Shown piece after piece: positions 28,870-42,589 of a DNA stretch of 64,000 nucleotides. A program made the translations under genes and the position numbers. The notes under the pieces were generated by a model. The model made no database searches. It had not been told where the DNA came from and saw only the letters and a program-made list of their open reading frames with translations. Position 1 is the stretch's first letter; the number at the start of each line of letters is the position of its first letter. This DNA comes from Eledone cirrhosa (Eukaryota), in assembly GCA_964016885.1 (NCBI GenBank), contig OZ024749.1:23126001-23190000 (forward strand), in the 5' to 3' direction.

Positions 28870-29570
28870 TATATTTATATACACAGAACATACATATTTA
28901 TAACATATATACATACAAAAATATAAAAAATATATATATACATAGAATACACACACGCACACAAAATATATACACACGTAAAACATACATATATATGTAT
29001 ATAAAAAATACACACACACATCCACACATATATATATAAAATATATACATACAGATACGCACACATATATAAAATACGCATACATACACATATAAAATAC
29101 ACATATATATATACACATGATACATATATACATATATATATAAAATCAGGTTCAATAAAACATTGTTTAGATGACTCCTTACCAGTAGAGGATCCGGTGG
29201 AGAATCCACCATAGGAACCGCAAACCATGGGTGGTTGTTGTTGTCCATTGGTCATTGGTATGGGGTGTAGGGGACCTACCTTGCTTGTGGCAGGCCGTAA
29301 CCGGGGTTTATCCATATAGCTTAAGGAAAGTTCCCGTCCTAAGGTGTCTGCAGGCACCGAATAAGTCTGCCCTTCTGTTTAATAACTTGGTTCCGCCATG
29401 AAGAATCTCGAGTGTCTCACTAAGACAGAGGTTGCAAATACCAGACCCGCCTCTGTCTGGGGGAAACTTTCTAATCACGGACCAGGCCAGAGAGTGCGAG
29501 GTCTGTTCAAGTTTGAGCTTCCAGATCAATTCAGAAAGGGCCGTACATTTCCTCTTATCTATTCTGTTAT
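28086..29570 (-). mobile_element. PLE4: GIY-YIG C-terminal fragment + 3' UTR + HHR terminus
   Basis: TALSELIWKLK...WSVI...CNLCLSE...LLNRRADLFGACRH at 29308-29570 resembles the PLE1/PLE2 C-termini. HHR and aataaa lie before the (TA)n. Confidence 0.85.
28131..28186 (-). ncRNA. Type I hammerhead ribozyme
   Basis: actgc-CTGATGA-gatc-atagccattcaatggctat-cctc-GAAA-tatatt-TA-gcagt. Confidence 0.85.
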
Positions 29571-29896
29571 TGTTATACTTTGGGAGGGTCATGTTGCCAA
29601 TAAGAAACACGCGCACCAGGTGCTTTCACTTCAATTTATTGTAAACTAAATTTCTAAATTTAGGAATTTATAAATTTTCGGTTGGTTGGTTCCACAACCA
29701 GACGATTGTTCATATATTGTTGGTTGTGGAACCAACCAACCAGCCGGAAATTTATAAATTTAATTTATAATAAATTGAAGTGTAAGCAACTGGTGCGTGT
29801 GTTTCTTATTAGCAACATGACCCTCCCAAAGTATAACAATATCGGTTTCAACACACATTTTCAGATAAAGAATCTTGCTAAACAAATTCAGAAACG

Positions 29897-29900
<4 letters not shown>
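29568..29900. mobile_element. Fold-back of a different pLTR-like family (also at 36004-36450 and 60375-60478)
   Basis: gggagggtcatgttgccaataa / ttattagcaacatgaccctccc arms around ~29700-29720. Confidence 0.75.
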
Positions 29901-29939
<39 letters not shown>

Positions 29940-30021
29940 AAAGTGAGGTTTTTTTACAAAATGAAAAATAACCGAGGTGTCCTACACGAGTGAAAGTATA
30001 AAAAAAAAAGATGAAACCGAC

Positions 30022-31703
30022 AATGCAACTGGAGTCTTATTTAAAATATATATATATATATATATATTTATTTGGTTCCTTTACCGGTTTTCGAAAGTAG
30101 AGTTGAGATGGACTGTCTCTGGTTTTTCTCACATCTGGTTGGTCTTTGAGTGTTACTTGTTTTATATGGAAAAAAGTGGCTCGAAATGCTCCAAGTCTTC
30201 CATTTTACCTTTGCGTTGACAATACAACAGAACAAATACGAATAAATAAGTAAAATATGTTTATTCAAAAATATAGACCAGCATTAAATATGGTTTAATA
30301 TACATTATGTCAACATCATAACATGCTAACCGTCCAAACAGACACATACATTCATAACACCTCTACTTTAGAAAATAAAAACCCGAACTAAATAAACCTT
30401 AACATACGTTTGCGCTGACAAAACAACAGAACAAATACGAATATTCCTACTAACGGAATCATTTTCCTACACACATAAACACACACACACACAATATATA
30501 TTCTCTTCATCTTAACATGCTAACCATACTCCCACACACACATAACACCATACACACACATAACCCCCCCCCATATACACAACTCCCTCCCCCATTTCTA
30601 CTAATAGAATCACTTTCCTACACATACACACAGACACACACACAAAATATATATATTCTCTCCATCTCCCACACAAACACACATAACACCCATACACACA
30701 CACAACTCCCTCCCCCATTTCTACCAATAGAATCATCTTCCTATACACACACACCAAAACACACAAATAAACATACATATGTCTACTTTCATTATTTCAA
30801 GGGCGGTGGATTGGCAGTATCGGTAGAGGGTCGGATGCCATGCTTTCCAGCATAGTTACGTCCCTTTACGATCTGAGTTCAAATCCCGCCGAGGTTGACT
30901 TTGCCTTTCATCCTTACGGGGTCGATAAAATAAAGTACCAGTAATGCACTGGGTAATTACTGGCCTTGTGCCTAAAGTAGAAACAATTATTTCAATAGAA
31001 AATCTGGACTCTGACACCTCAGCAAACTAGCCATATTCACTGAACCAGAACAATTCTACCATCCCATTTCTCTTGACCATTCTTTTGCTTGTCATAAAAT
31101 TCTCTAAAGGGCTACAACATAAATTCCCAAATACGGGCTGCGAAATTTAATGAACTTGTTCACGTGACAGTCATACTTTCATTTATAACCAATCAAATTG
31201 CATTTTAAAAGAAAAAGCCTTCGTGAGCCACTTTTTTTATTGTCATAAAATTCTCTAAAAGGCTACAAACTAAATTCCCAAATACGGACGCGAAATTTAA
31301 TGAACTTGTTTACGTGCCAGGAATAATTTCATTTCCAATCAAATTACACTTTTTACAAAAAGCCTTCGTGAAACCCTTTTTTTAAGTAAAAAGAAATTCA
31401 AACACTCACATATGAAAAAACAAGCTGAGCCCCCCCCCCCTTGTTTGAAGAACTTTGTAACGCGAACCAGCGCGAAATTTATTATACTTATTGACCAACC
31501 AATCAAATTACTTCTCTAAAAACCTGGCGTTTCGAGCCACTTTTTTCAATATAAAACAAGTAACATTCAATGACCAACCAGATGTGAGAAAAACCACAGA
31601 CCCTCCATCTCGACTCTACTTTTGAAAAGCAGAAGGACTGCGAAACCGGTAAAGGAATCAAATAAATATATATGTTTTTTTTAAAATAATACTCCAGTTG
31701 CAT
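30022..31703. mobile_element. Element bounded by ~170-bp inverted repeats with internal direct repeats (possible non-autonomous DNA transposon)
   Basis: 30022-30190 is inverted relative to 31527-31703. Direct repeats ~31089-31225 / 31240-31372. Contains a SINE; no transposase seen. Confidence 0.5.
30801..30990 (+). mobile_element. tRNA-derived SINE, family 1
   Basis: A and B boxes, family consensus. Confidence 0.9.
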
Positions 31704-31713
31704 TTTGGATTCC

Positions 31714-31849
<136 letters not shown>

Positions 31850-32168
31850 AATATATATATATAATTAAATTATATATATATATATGTAATTATTTATATA
31901 TATATTTCACTAATAGATAGAGCCATTCAAAGATATAGCATGACGTTTGCTTAGATTGTATATATATATATTCTCATGACAGCATTGGTTTTGTTCTTTT
32001 AAGAAACTTCATCGTTTTTCAGAACATACATGTATATATTTGTACACACTCACACAATCATATATACATTTATATATACAAAAATATATACATATATACA
32101 TACATATATATATCTATAAACATACATACATTGACATACACAAACAAACTGCCTCCTTCCCACACGCA

Positions 32169-32228
<60 letters not shown>

Positions 32229-32246
32229 TATATATATATGCGTGTG

Positions 32247-32312
<66 letters not shown>

Positions 32313-32706
32313 TATATGAATATATATATATATATATTTATATATTTATATATTTATATATATATATTTATATACATATATTTATAAATTTAATAGTCTG
32401 TGTTTATCATTAGAAGTTTCTTTAGAATACTTATCTCGCTTTACCATTACTCACATCATATGTATATTTTTTTGAATAATATACGTACTGAAATGTTTTC
32501 TTCTGTTTGTAGAATGTATATATTTTTCAGTAGTTTATTTACATACCTTTTATATTATTTTCTCTGATACTGTTTAAAATGTGCAGCAGATAATTTTTGT
32601 GGTGTGTGTGTGTCTGATTTTAGATATGAACTTTATTTTTTGGTTGTCTCCAGCGACTTTTTTCTATGTGTGTATGTATGCACACATACGTACTTACAAA
32701 CATACG

Positions 32707-32764
<58 letters not shown>

Positions 32765-32825
32765 TATATATATGTATATGTATATATATAAAATAAGAAA
32801 TACCAAAGAAGCCATATGCACACTC

Positions 32826-32925
<100 letters not shown>

Positions 32926-33179
32926 GTGTGTGTGTATATATATATATATATGTTGAAAATACATAATCATGCCTCCGACATTATGATCGTGCAACAGCTC
33001 TACTGATAGGCCACCATTTTTACTCAAAGGTATGCAGATCTTGTCTATGAAGGAAAATGGAACCCCTGAGATATGGAACCCATTCATCAGTTTATCTTAA
33101 ACATAGAAAAAATAATTATATGCAGGGCTGATAAACACATACACGCACACTCACACATACTCACAGATACGTACACAAA

Positions 33180-33243
<64 letters not shown>

Positions 33244-33510
33244 CATATATATATATATATGAGAGAAGAGAGGAAGAGATTCGATCGACTTTCGTCAAAT
33301 CGGACCGAGGAAACGATGTTTCTGTTGGTCTTTCAAATTGATAAAACATAGCGGTAGCTACTCCAGATAGAAGGGGCTACGTGAAATAAAGTGCCTTGCT
33401 GAAGGACATAACGCATCGCCGGGTCCAGGAATCGAACAAACTGACAACCCCACGATTGCGAATCCAGTTCTCCAACAAATCAGCCACGCGCCTTATATAT
33501 AAACACTTAT

Positions 33511-33613
33511 ACGACTAGAACTCTTTCATTCGAAAGAAAACATCAGGAAAACCGTCATGATTTCTTGATTTCTTTCGAATGCAACAGTTCTGGTCCTGTA
33601 GAAACCCCCCCTA

Positions 33614-33655
<42 letters not shown>

Positions 33656-33711
33656 TAGGGGGGGTTTCTACAGGACCAGAACTGTTGCATTCGAAAGAAA
33701 TCAAGAAATCA
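33511..33711. mobile_element. Double fold-back of an HHR-derived fragment, second turn centred on (TA)n
   Basis: 33567-33620 is mirrored at 33648-33702 across a TA tract; 33511-33548 is a further diverged inverted arm. Confidence 0.75.
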
Positions 33712-34094
33712 TATATATAGCGAATAATTTTTCATTCATTACAAGCAATAGCATAATTTTTTTGTAAAATTAAAATGATTTAGCCATTTCGAGTCTATGA
33801 TCAAATAGAAAGACCCAGCCTTTTGCCCTTAGCTACGTTCGATCATGACAGACGTGATTCTACACAACAACAACGACAACATCAACAACAAAGAAATATA
33901 TTAACACCATAATTCCCTTAGTAGACCGATAAGCACGTTACCAATAATTAATTCATACATATAGTTTATGGTCGTCTCTTCTAGAATGTTCTCTGTAAAT
34001 GCATTGTAATACTTAAAGGCGACACAATTCTATAGATTTATTTCCATCTAAAACCGATAGGTGACCTAACCTTCCTTTCTGCAAAGGGACCATA

Positions 34095-34250
<156 letters not shown>

Positions 34251-34322
34251 GTGCGTGCGTGTGCGTGTATGTGTGTGTGTGTGTGTATGTGCATGGGTGT
34301 GCCTCTTGACACACACAAATAC

Positions 34323-34356
<34 letters not shown>

Positions 34357-34493
34357 ATGTATGTATGTATATATGTTCGTAGCTAAATTCTAATTCTAAT
34401 ATATAAATATATATATATTCATGTATATGGATATACTCACGCATAGACACACACACACAAATGTCTCCTTGTGTGTGTGCGTGAGTATATCAC

Positions 34494-34560
<67 letters not shown>

Positions 34561-34607
34561 ATATATATATATGTATTTGGATATACTCAGGCACACACAC
34601 ACAAGGA

Positions 34608-34648
<41 letters not shown>

Positions 34649-36003
34649 GAGTGTGTGTGTGTGTTTGCGTGTGTGTGCGCGCGTGCGTCCGTGCTTCCCT
34701 TTATATTTGTACGTGTATGATTTCTTTGAGGAAATAGGTTGAAGTTCTACCCACACGGTTTCTCTTTTCATCTAACAACCGCTTCAAATGTATCCACCAT
34801 TTGCCAATTTTAAATATTAATTTTCCGAATTGGAAAAAAAAAAAGAGTTCAACTATTCAAAGGACAGGATCAGATATAAACCAGTGCATTATGGGTAATA
34901 TACATTGCATAGGAGATGTGAAAGGAACAAGCTGACCTTACAAGAAAGAAAACTATAAATTCGATGATATTTAAAAATCAATGCGAATCCATTGAATAGT
35001 CATATGACATAACAGCCCCCTAAAGAAATGAAAAACTTCACAAAATTATTTCACTTCTATACTTTAAATAGTATTGATATTCTTCTGTTGTTACAATGTG
35101 TTCTCCAATTGTTTGATAAACGGAGCAGCCTGGCCATGAATTGAACGTACAAGGGGCTGAACAATGAACAGGCATAGATACAACTAACGCTCAATTCTCA
35201 GGGAGATTCAGCGGCATACGCAGATAGGTTTATTGAATGATACATACTGTCAACTCTATGCGTTTCCAAACAGTTTTCTCCAACACAATTTCACGTTGCG
35301 TGTCGAGCCGAGGCTATCTTACGAGAGTTCAATGAAAACCTCGTAGGTTGACTATGAAGGAGTGAAACTAGGGCTGTAAACTCTTTCATGCATATATTTC
35401 AATTCTTCTTATTAATAACTGCGTTGTTTCTTTCCAGGCAATATGTTGAAGAATAAATCTCATTTCGTCATTCCATGAGAGTATCTTTGTTAACCTAAGA
35501 AGGAGTGATGCTAGGCTGTGAAATCGTGCATGCATTAATTTCAATTCACATTAACTGCTTTGTTTCTTTCCAGGGAATATGTTGAAGAATAAATCTCATT
35601 GGGTTATTCCATGAGAGTATCTTGGTCAGCCTATAAACTTTATTACCGACCCTCGTAAACGCCACTTCCCCAACATCCTGTGCAGTGTGTTGGGGAAGTG
35701 GCGTTTCGAAATCGAATTCGAACCCGGGACATCATGATGGCAATATCTTAAATGTTTTATAACATTGCTAAACCTCATTTGATTATCCTGTCATGCGAAA
35801 GAGGAAGCATTAGTTGGCGATTTAAGAACGTGAAATAGCAGCCATATTTCCCTCACTTCCTTCTCTTCCTGCAGTTAAAAAAATTGCTTCGTAAACAGCT
35901 TGTCCTGACTTCAGTTCTGCTACGCATAGAGTGCTCAATTCGGTGAACCTACAGTAACTTTACGTGACAATCCTAAACTTGATATTATATATATATATAT
36001 AAT

Positions 36004-36808
<805 letters not shown>

Positions 36809-36935
36809 CGTGTGTGTGTGTGTGTGAGTGTATGTGTTTATTAAAATAGCAGATTAAAGTTTAAGCAAATAATCGCTGCTATCACCCTTTGCTCTATGGT
36901 TTTATATATTTTGATATACTGTATATATTATCCTT

Positions 36936-37084
36936 AAAGTACTCAATACTTAGGGTATTAGAGTGGGAAATAGGAAAAAGTATGACCCCGACGGCAGAGC
37001 TCAAGCCGTTTCGACGGCTATTTCTGAACTCCCAGAGATACCCCTCGAAACGGCTTGAGCTCTGCCGTCGGGTCATACTTTTTC
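36936..37084 (-). mobile_element. GACCCC-family fold-back insert
   Basis: Inverted arms ~36974-37020 and ~37036-37084. Confidence 0.8.
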
Positions 37085-37107
37085 ATATATATATATATAT
37101 ATATGTG

Positions 37108-37275
<168 letters not shown>

Positions 37276-37607
37276 TATATACATATATATATGTATATGT
37301 ATATATATATGATAGGGAGTATCGGACAAGTTGCTATAACATAGTTACGATTTTTTTACATTCCGACTTCAAATCCCGCTGATGATAACGTTGTCTTTCA
37401 TACTTACAGGGTTAGGGTTTAAAATAAAGTACCTGTAACGTACTGGCACTGAATTATTCGGTTTTCGATTTCTGCCACATTGCTGATCTCATGCCAATCA
37501 TAGGAAATAATTCTGTCGTCAGCACTATTACCTTTTCTCTTTCTCCCAACGACCGCCTCCTCCTCTTTCTCCTCCCTTTTGTCCATTACTTCCTCCCCCC
37601 CCCTCCT

Positions 37608-37608
37608 G

Positions 37609-37643
<35 letters not shown>

Positions 37644-37644
37644 G

Positions 37645-37678
<34 letters not shown>

Positions 37679-37721
37679 GACTACTACTACTACTACTACT
37701 AATAATAATAATAATAATAAA

Positions 37722-37753
<32 letters not shown>

Positions 37754-37778
37754 AACCACCACCAAAAACGGTACTGCA

Positions 37779-37846
<68 letters not shown>

Positions 37847-37882
37847 CACCAACACCAGCAACATTACTACTACTATCACTAA
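37608..37882. repeat. (CTA)n/(AAT)n compound microsatellite
   Basis: Direct reading. Confidence 0.95.
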
Positions 37883-38029
37883 CAGTAGTACCACGCTTAA
37901 GTTCAGAGATAAGTATTTCTCGTGAAATTAGGTTAAGAAGACATTAATGGCTATGTCTAGCGGGGATCTAGGGACATCTAATTAAAGAGGTCGCTTTTCC
38001 TAATATTTATACACACACACACAAACACA

Positions 38030-38092
<63 letters not shown>

Positions 38093-38098
38093 ACACAT

Positions 38099-38245
<147 letters not shown>

Positions 38246-38255
38246 CATATATATA

Positions 38256-38317
<62 letters not shown>

Positions 38318-38319
<2 letters not shown>

Positions 38320-38890
38320 GGTGGCTGCCAACTCGTTTTCGAGTACGGCCACTACTTTATATCCATGTAGGAGAACCCTTACCGATGCGCTGAACGAGTG
38401 TGACTTTTTAGTCCAGCCAGCGACTTGAAAATTCGGGTACAAACACTACACTTGCGACAATTATTGACACATAGTGCTGGGCCCATGGTACCATGAGACG
38501 ACAAGTGCAGAGAGATCTCCAGATAGAAAGCAATGCCTGTGCCGTGAAGCTTTTATAGTGAGCAAAGGCACTGCACAAAGCCTGTCCCACTCTCTTAACC
38601 AAGATGATATTTACCAAAAAGTAGAACAAGTCAACATCATTGGATACCATCAGTGTTGCAGGTGTTATATCAGAGTTTTCCTTCTCCTAGAATTCTGCCT
38701 TTACAAAGGCTAAGCGGTCATCTCTCCCGGTGATTTTGGACTCTTAAGAGCTCCTTTGCCCTTTGACAGGTTTTGTTTTTAGTCCTGCAGGATGTCCAAA
38801 GTCACCCTCCTCACCAAGAAACCTTGGTGGGGTTGCCAGTTTAGTCGCCAACGACCCGACCATAAGACAAGTTGTACTGGGATATATGTT
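38318..38890 (-). mobile_element. ~570-bp non-coding repeat with RTE-like 5'UTR motif
   Basis: Highly similar to 54926-55490. Minus strand contains ctaggagaaggaaaactctga, recalled from RTE 5'UTRs (not searched). TA-flanked. Confidence 0.55.
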
Positions 38891-39017
38891 ACCAGTAGCA
38901 CCAACTGGTGACCTGACATATATATATATATATATACATATATATATACATATATATATATACATATATATATACATATATATGTATATACATATATAAA
39001 CATATATATAAGTATAC

Positions 39018-39094
<77 letters not shown>

Positions 39095-39596
39095 TATATA
39101 CATATATATACATATATATACATATATATATATACATATATATGTATATACATATATAAACATATATATATATAATTATATACATATATATATACCTATA
39201 TGTATACATATATCATATATACATTTATATACATATGTGTATATATATGATATATAGTATGAAAAGCGATTTATTTAATATGTATATATATATATATACA
39301 TATATATGTATATATATATATATATATATGTATACTTATGTGTACATACATATGTATACATATACATATATATATATGTATATATATGTATACATATATA
39401 TGAATATATATATATTTATATATATGTATATAAATATGTTTATATATGTATACATATATATGTATATATATGTATATATATATATGTATACACATATGTA
39501 TATATATATATGTATATAAATATGTATATATATGTATACATATATATGTATATATATGAATACATATATATGTATATATATACATATGTATATACC

Positions 39597-40611
39597 ATAA
39601 AACATGTCTATAGAATCACCAGATAAAATATATACCATTTCCTCTCCCAATTAGCATAATTAACCATATAAAAAATCGAATAGACCAGGCTATAAGAATA
39701 AGGCTTCTATGAAGAAATCTCCAACAAATAACCGAAACTAGTCCTTCGCGCCGGCCGCGGCGGAATATTTATCGAATATTTCGACAGCGTGATCGCCCAG
39801 ATATACAGTCAATTAAACAGAATTAGGTGTAAAATAAACTAGGAGAAAAGAGAATACATTTATTTACCTCGACCATGGTTTCGTCTGCATTTTGAGATTT
39901 CCAATAACTTCGGAAACTCGAGCACCGGACTCTTCAGGAGTTTGCTCAAATCTAGACAATAAATTTTCCAAAGTGATCGTGTCAAGAATACATTCAAAAA
40001 TGGCTAAGAATCGTGACGTAGCAGCGGTGAGATTGGAAAGAGTGTGGTTAATTGCTTACCGCTGGTGGCTTTTTGCTAGAAAGCACAGCACAATACAGCC
40101 AAATTTGTATCTCAACCTAACGGGAGATTATTACATATAAAGGTTTACACACATATATATATATATATATATACATATATACACATACGTCTTTTGCAAC
40201 GGGTCACTTTGTGGCTCAATGAAAAGTTAATAAACTAAATAATCAGAGCTATATATCATAAAACATGTCTATAGAATCACCAGATAAAATATATACCATT
40301 TCCTCTCCCAATTAGCATAATTAACCATATAAAAAATCGAATAGACCAGGCTATAAGAATAAGGCTTCTATGAAGAAATCTTCAATAAATAACCGAAACT
40401 AGTCCTTCGCGTCGGCTGCGACGGAATATTTATCGAATATTTCGACAGCGTAATCGCCCAGATATACAGTCAATTAAACAGAATTAGGTGTAAAATAAAC
40501 TAGGAAAAAAGAGAATACATTTATTTACCTCGACCATTGTTTCGTCCGCATTTTGAGATTTCCAATAACTTCGGAAACTCAAGCACCGGACTCTTCAGGA
40601 GTTTGCTCAAA
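39597..40611 (-). mobile_element. ~660-bp HHR repeat, copy C (1.5 tandem units, two HHRs)
   Basis: HHRs at 39868-39940 and 40529-40601, 661 bp apart; no credible ORF. Confidence 0.88.
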
Positions 40612-40915
40612 TATACCTATATGTGTATATTTATATGTATATCCATATATATGTATGTATATGTATTTATGTCCCTGTCTGTAAACGCTAATACGCTTAT
40701 GTTATAAAGTATACGTCTTCTTACCTTTTACGTATATGTGCGTGGTTAAGTACGTCTGCTTACGTTCTGGATATTTATTGTTTTTTTATATATATTTATT
40801 CATATATATTTTTCTAACCTTCTTTTTCGTCCGTTTGTTTCTCAGCCTCACTTTCATATTTCTTAAATATTTTTTGTTTTCAAATCCATATTTAATAAAA
40901 ACACCATGTATTTTA

Positions 40916-40976
40916 TTCATTCTGACGACTGAAAACAAATATAATATCTGCTTTCAAGAAACCACTGGTAAATGAA
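40916..40976 (+). ncRNA. Type I hammerhead ribozyme
   Basis: ttcatt-CTGACGA-ctgaaa...tttcaa-GAAA-ccactgg-TA-aatgaa. Confidence 0.8.
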
Positions 40977-41149
40977 ATTATTATCTTATGTTGTTTATTA
41001 CATAACTAATAAGCTCTGTAGCCTACATAGAGCACTCCTTTTTCCTGTACCTTTCCGACGGAATTACTTCATTTATATGTATATCCATATATATGTATAT
41101 ATAAGTATATATGTATACACACATATATGCATATATATATATATATATA

Positions 41150-41334
41150 TAACGAAGGAAATGTGGTAAGGAACCAGGTGGACCATAACGCACCAAAGTA
41201 CTCAATACTTGGGGTAGTAGAGTGGGTAATATGAACCAGTAAGACCCCGACGGCTGAGCTCAAGCCGTTTCGACGGGTAATTCTGAATTAGCCGTCGAAA
41301 CGGCTTGAGCTCAGCCGTCGGGGTCTTACTGGTT

Positions 41335-41337
<3 letters not shown>
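41150..41337 (-). mobile_element. GACCCC-family fold-back insert
   Basis: Near-perfect hairpin 41233-41336 turning at aattctgaatt. Confidence 0.85.
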
Positions 41338-41418
<81 letters not shown>

Positions 41419-41428
41419 CATATATATA

Positions 41429-41464
<36 letters not shown>

Positions 41465-41563
41465 TGCATATATGTACATATATATATATATATGTATATA
41501 TATATACATGTATATGTATATATATATATACATACATGTACATATATATATATATATGTACAT

Positions 41564-41660
<97 letters not shown>

Positions 41661-41681
41661 TACATATATATACATATATAC

Positions 41682-41712
<31 letters not shown>

Positions 41713-41943
41713 GAGAGAGAGATAGAGAGAGAGTGAAAGAGTGAAGAATAACATGGTCAGCTGTACAAAAAAGGGTTTTAATTACTTTACAGTATTAACA
41801 ATTGTCTCATTGATCCAATGATTCGAAAGGCCGCTAATCACTAGCAAATGCGTCTCTCCACCTTAAATACAGTGTCTCTCTGATCAAATCATCGGAATTC
41901 TGACAACCTCTAACTGTATTACCTTAAACCATAACTTATATAC

Positions 41944-42043
<100 letters not shown>

Positions 42044-42589
42044 ATGTGTGTGTGTGTAGCTTGCTTATATAACTTTCGCATAGCTTAGTATTGACAGTAG
42101 GTGATTGGAGTGAATAAAAAATTATGTGGTAAGACTCGAAACTCTTTGGAAGCCCCTCAAATAATTACATACACGAATCAAACCATCGTCAAACACACTC
42201 GGGGAGTATCTCATTCCATACATTTAGTTGTTCGATATTATTTTCTCTAGTTTATGGAAAGAAGAATGCCACCGATTTCGTTGTAACTGCAAGGCTTCTC
42301 GGATACATAATTTACAATAATTTTGCGTCGGCAAAATCCTTGAGAGTAAAAAAATAAATGTGTTGATGGAAACTCTTGGAAATCTTCGATTTGATGCACA
42401 ATAGAATAGGACGTGTGTGGAATAGTCAACCACTTTACTACAGCAGTAAATTTTTCTGTAACCTCTAATAGAGACGTGAGAGAATCACCGTGATATAGGG
42501 CGTATACTTGGCGTTTTTAAATTAGAGGTGCTTAAACTTCTCTGGACATGACCACAGACGACGACAAATCAAGAGGTAGATAGATAGAA

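Noticed and set aside
39700-39765. Second, antisense HHR in the 660-bp unit (ccgaaactagtcc)
   Set aside because: No conserved CUGANGA or stem II across the copies.
42251-42345. Plus-strand exon YGKKNATDFVVTARLLGYIIYNNFASAKSLR
   Set aside because: Weak donor and no recognisable homology; the same applies to the unique stretches at 8260-8470 and 32955-33100.
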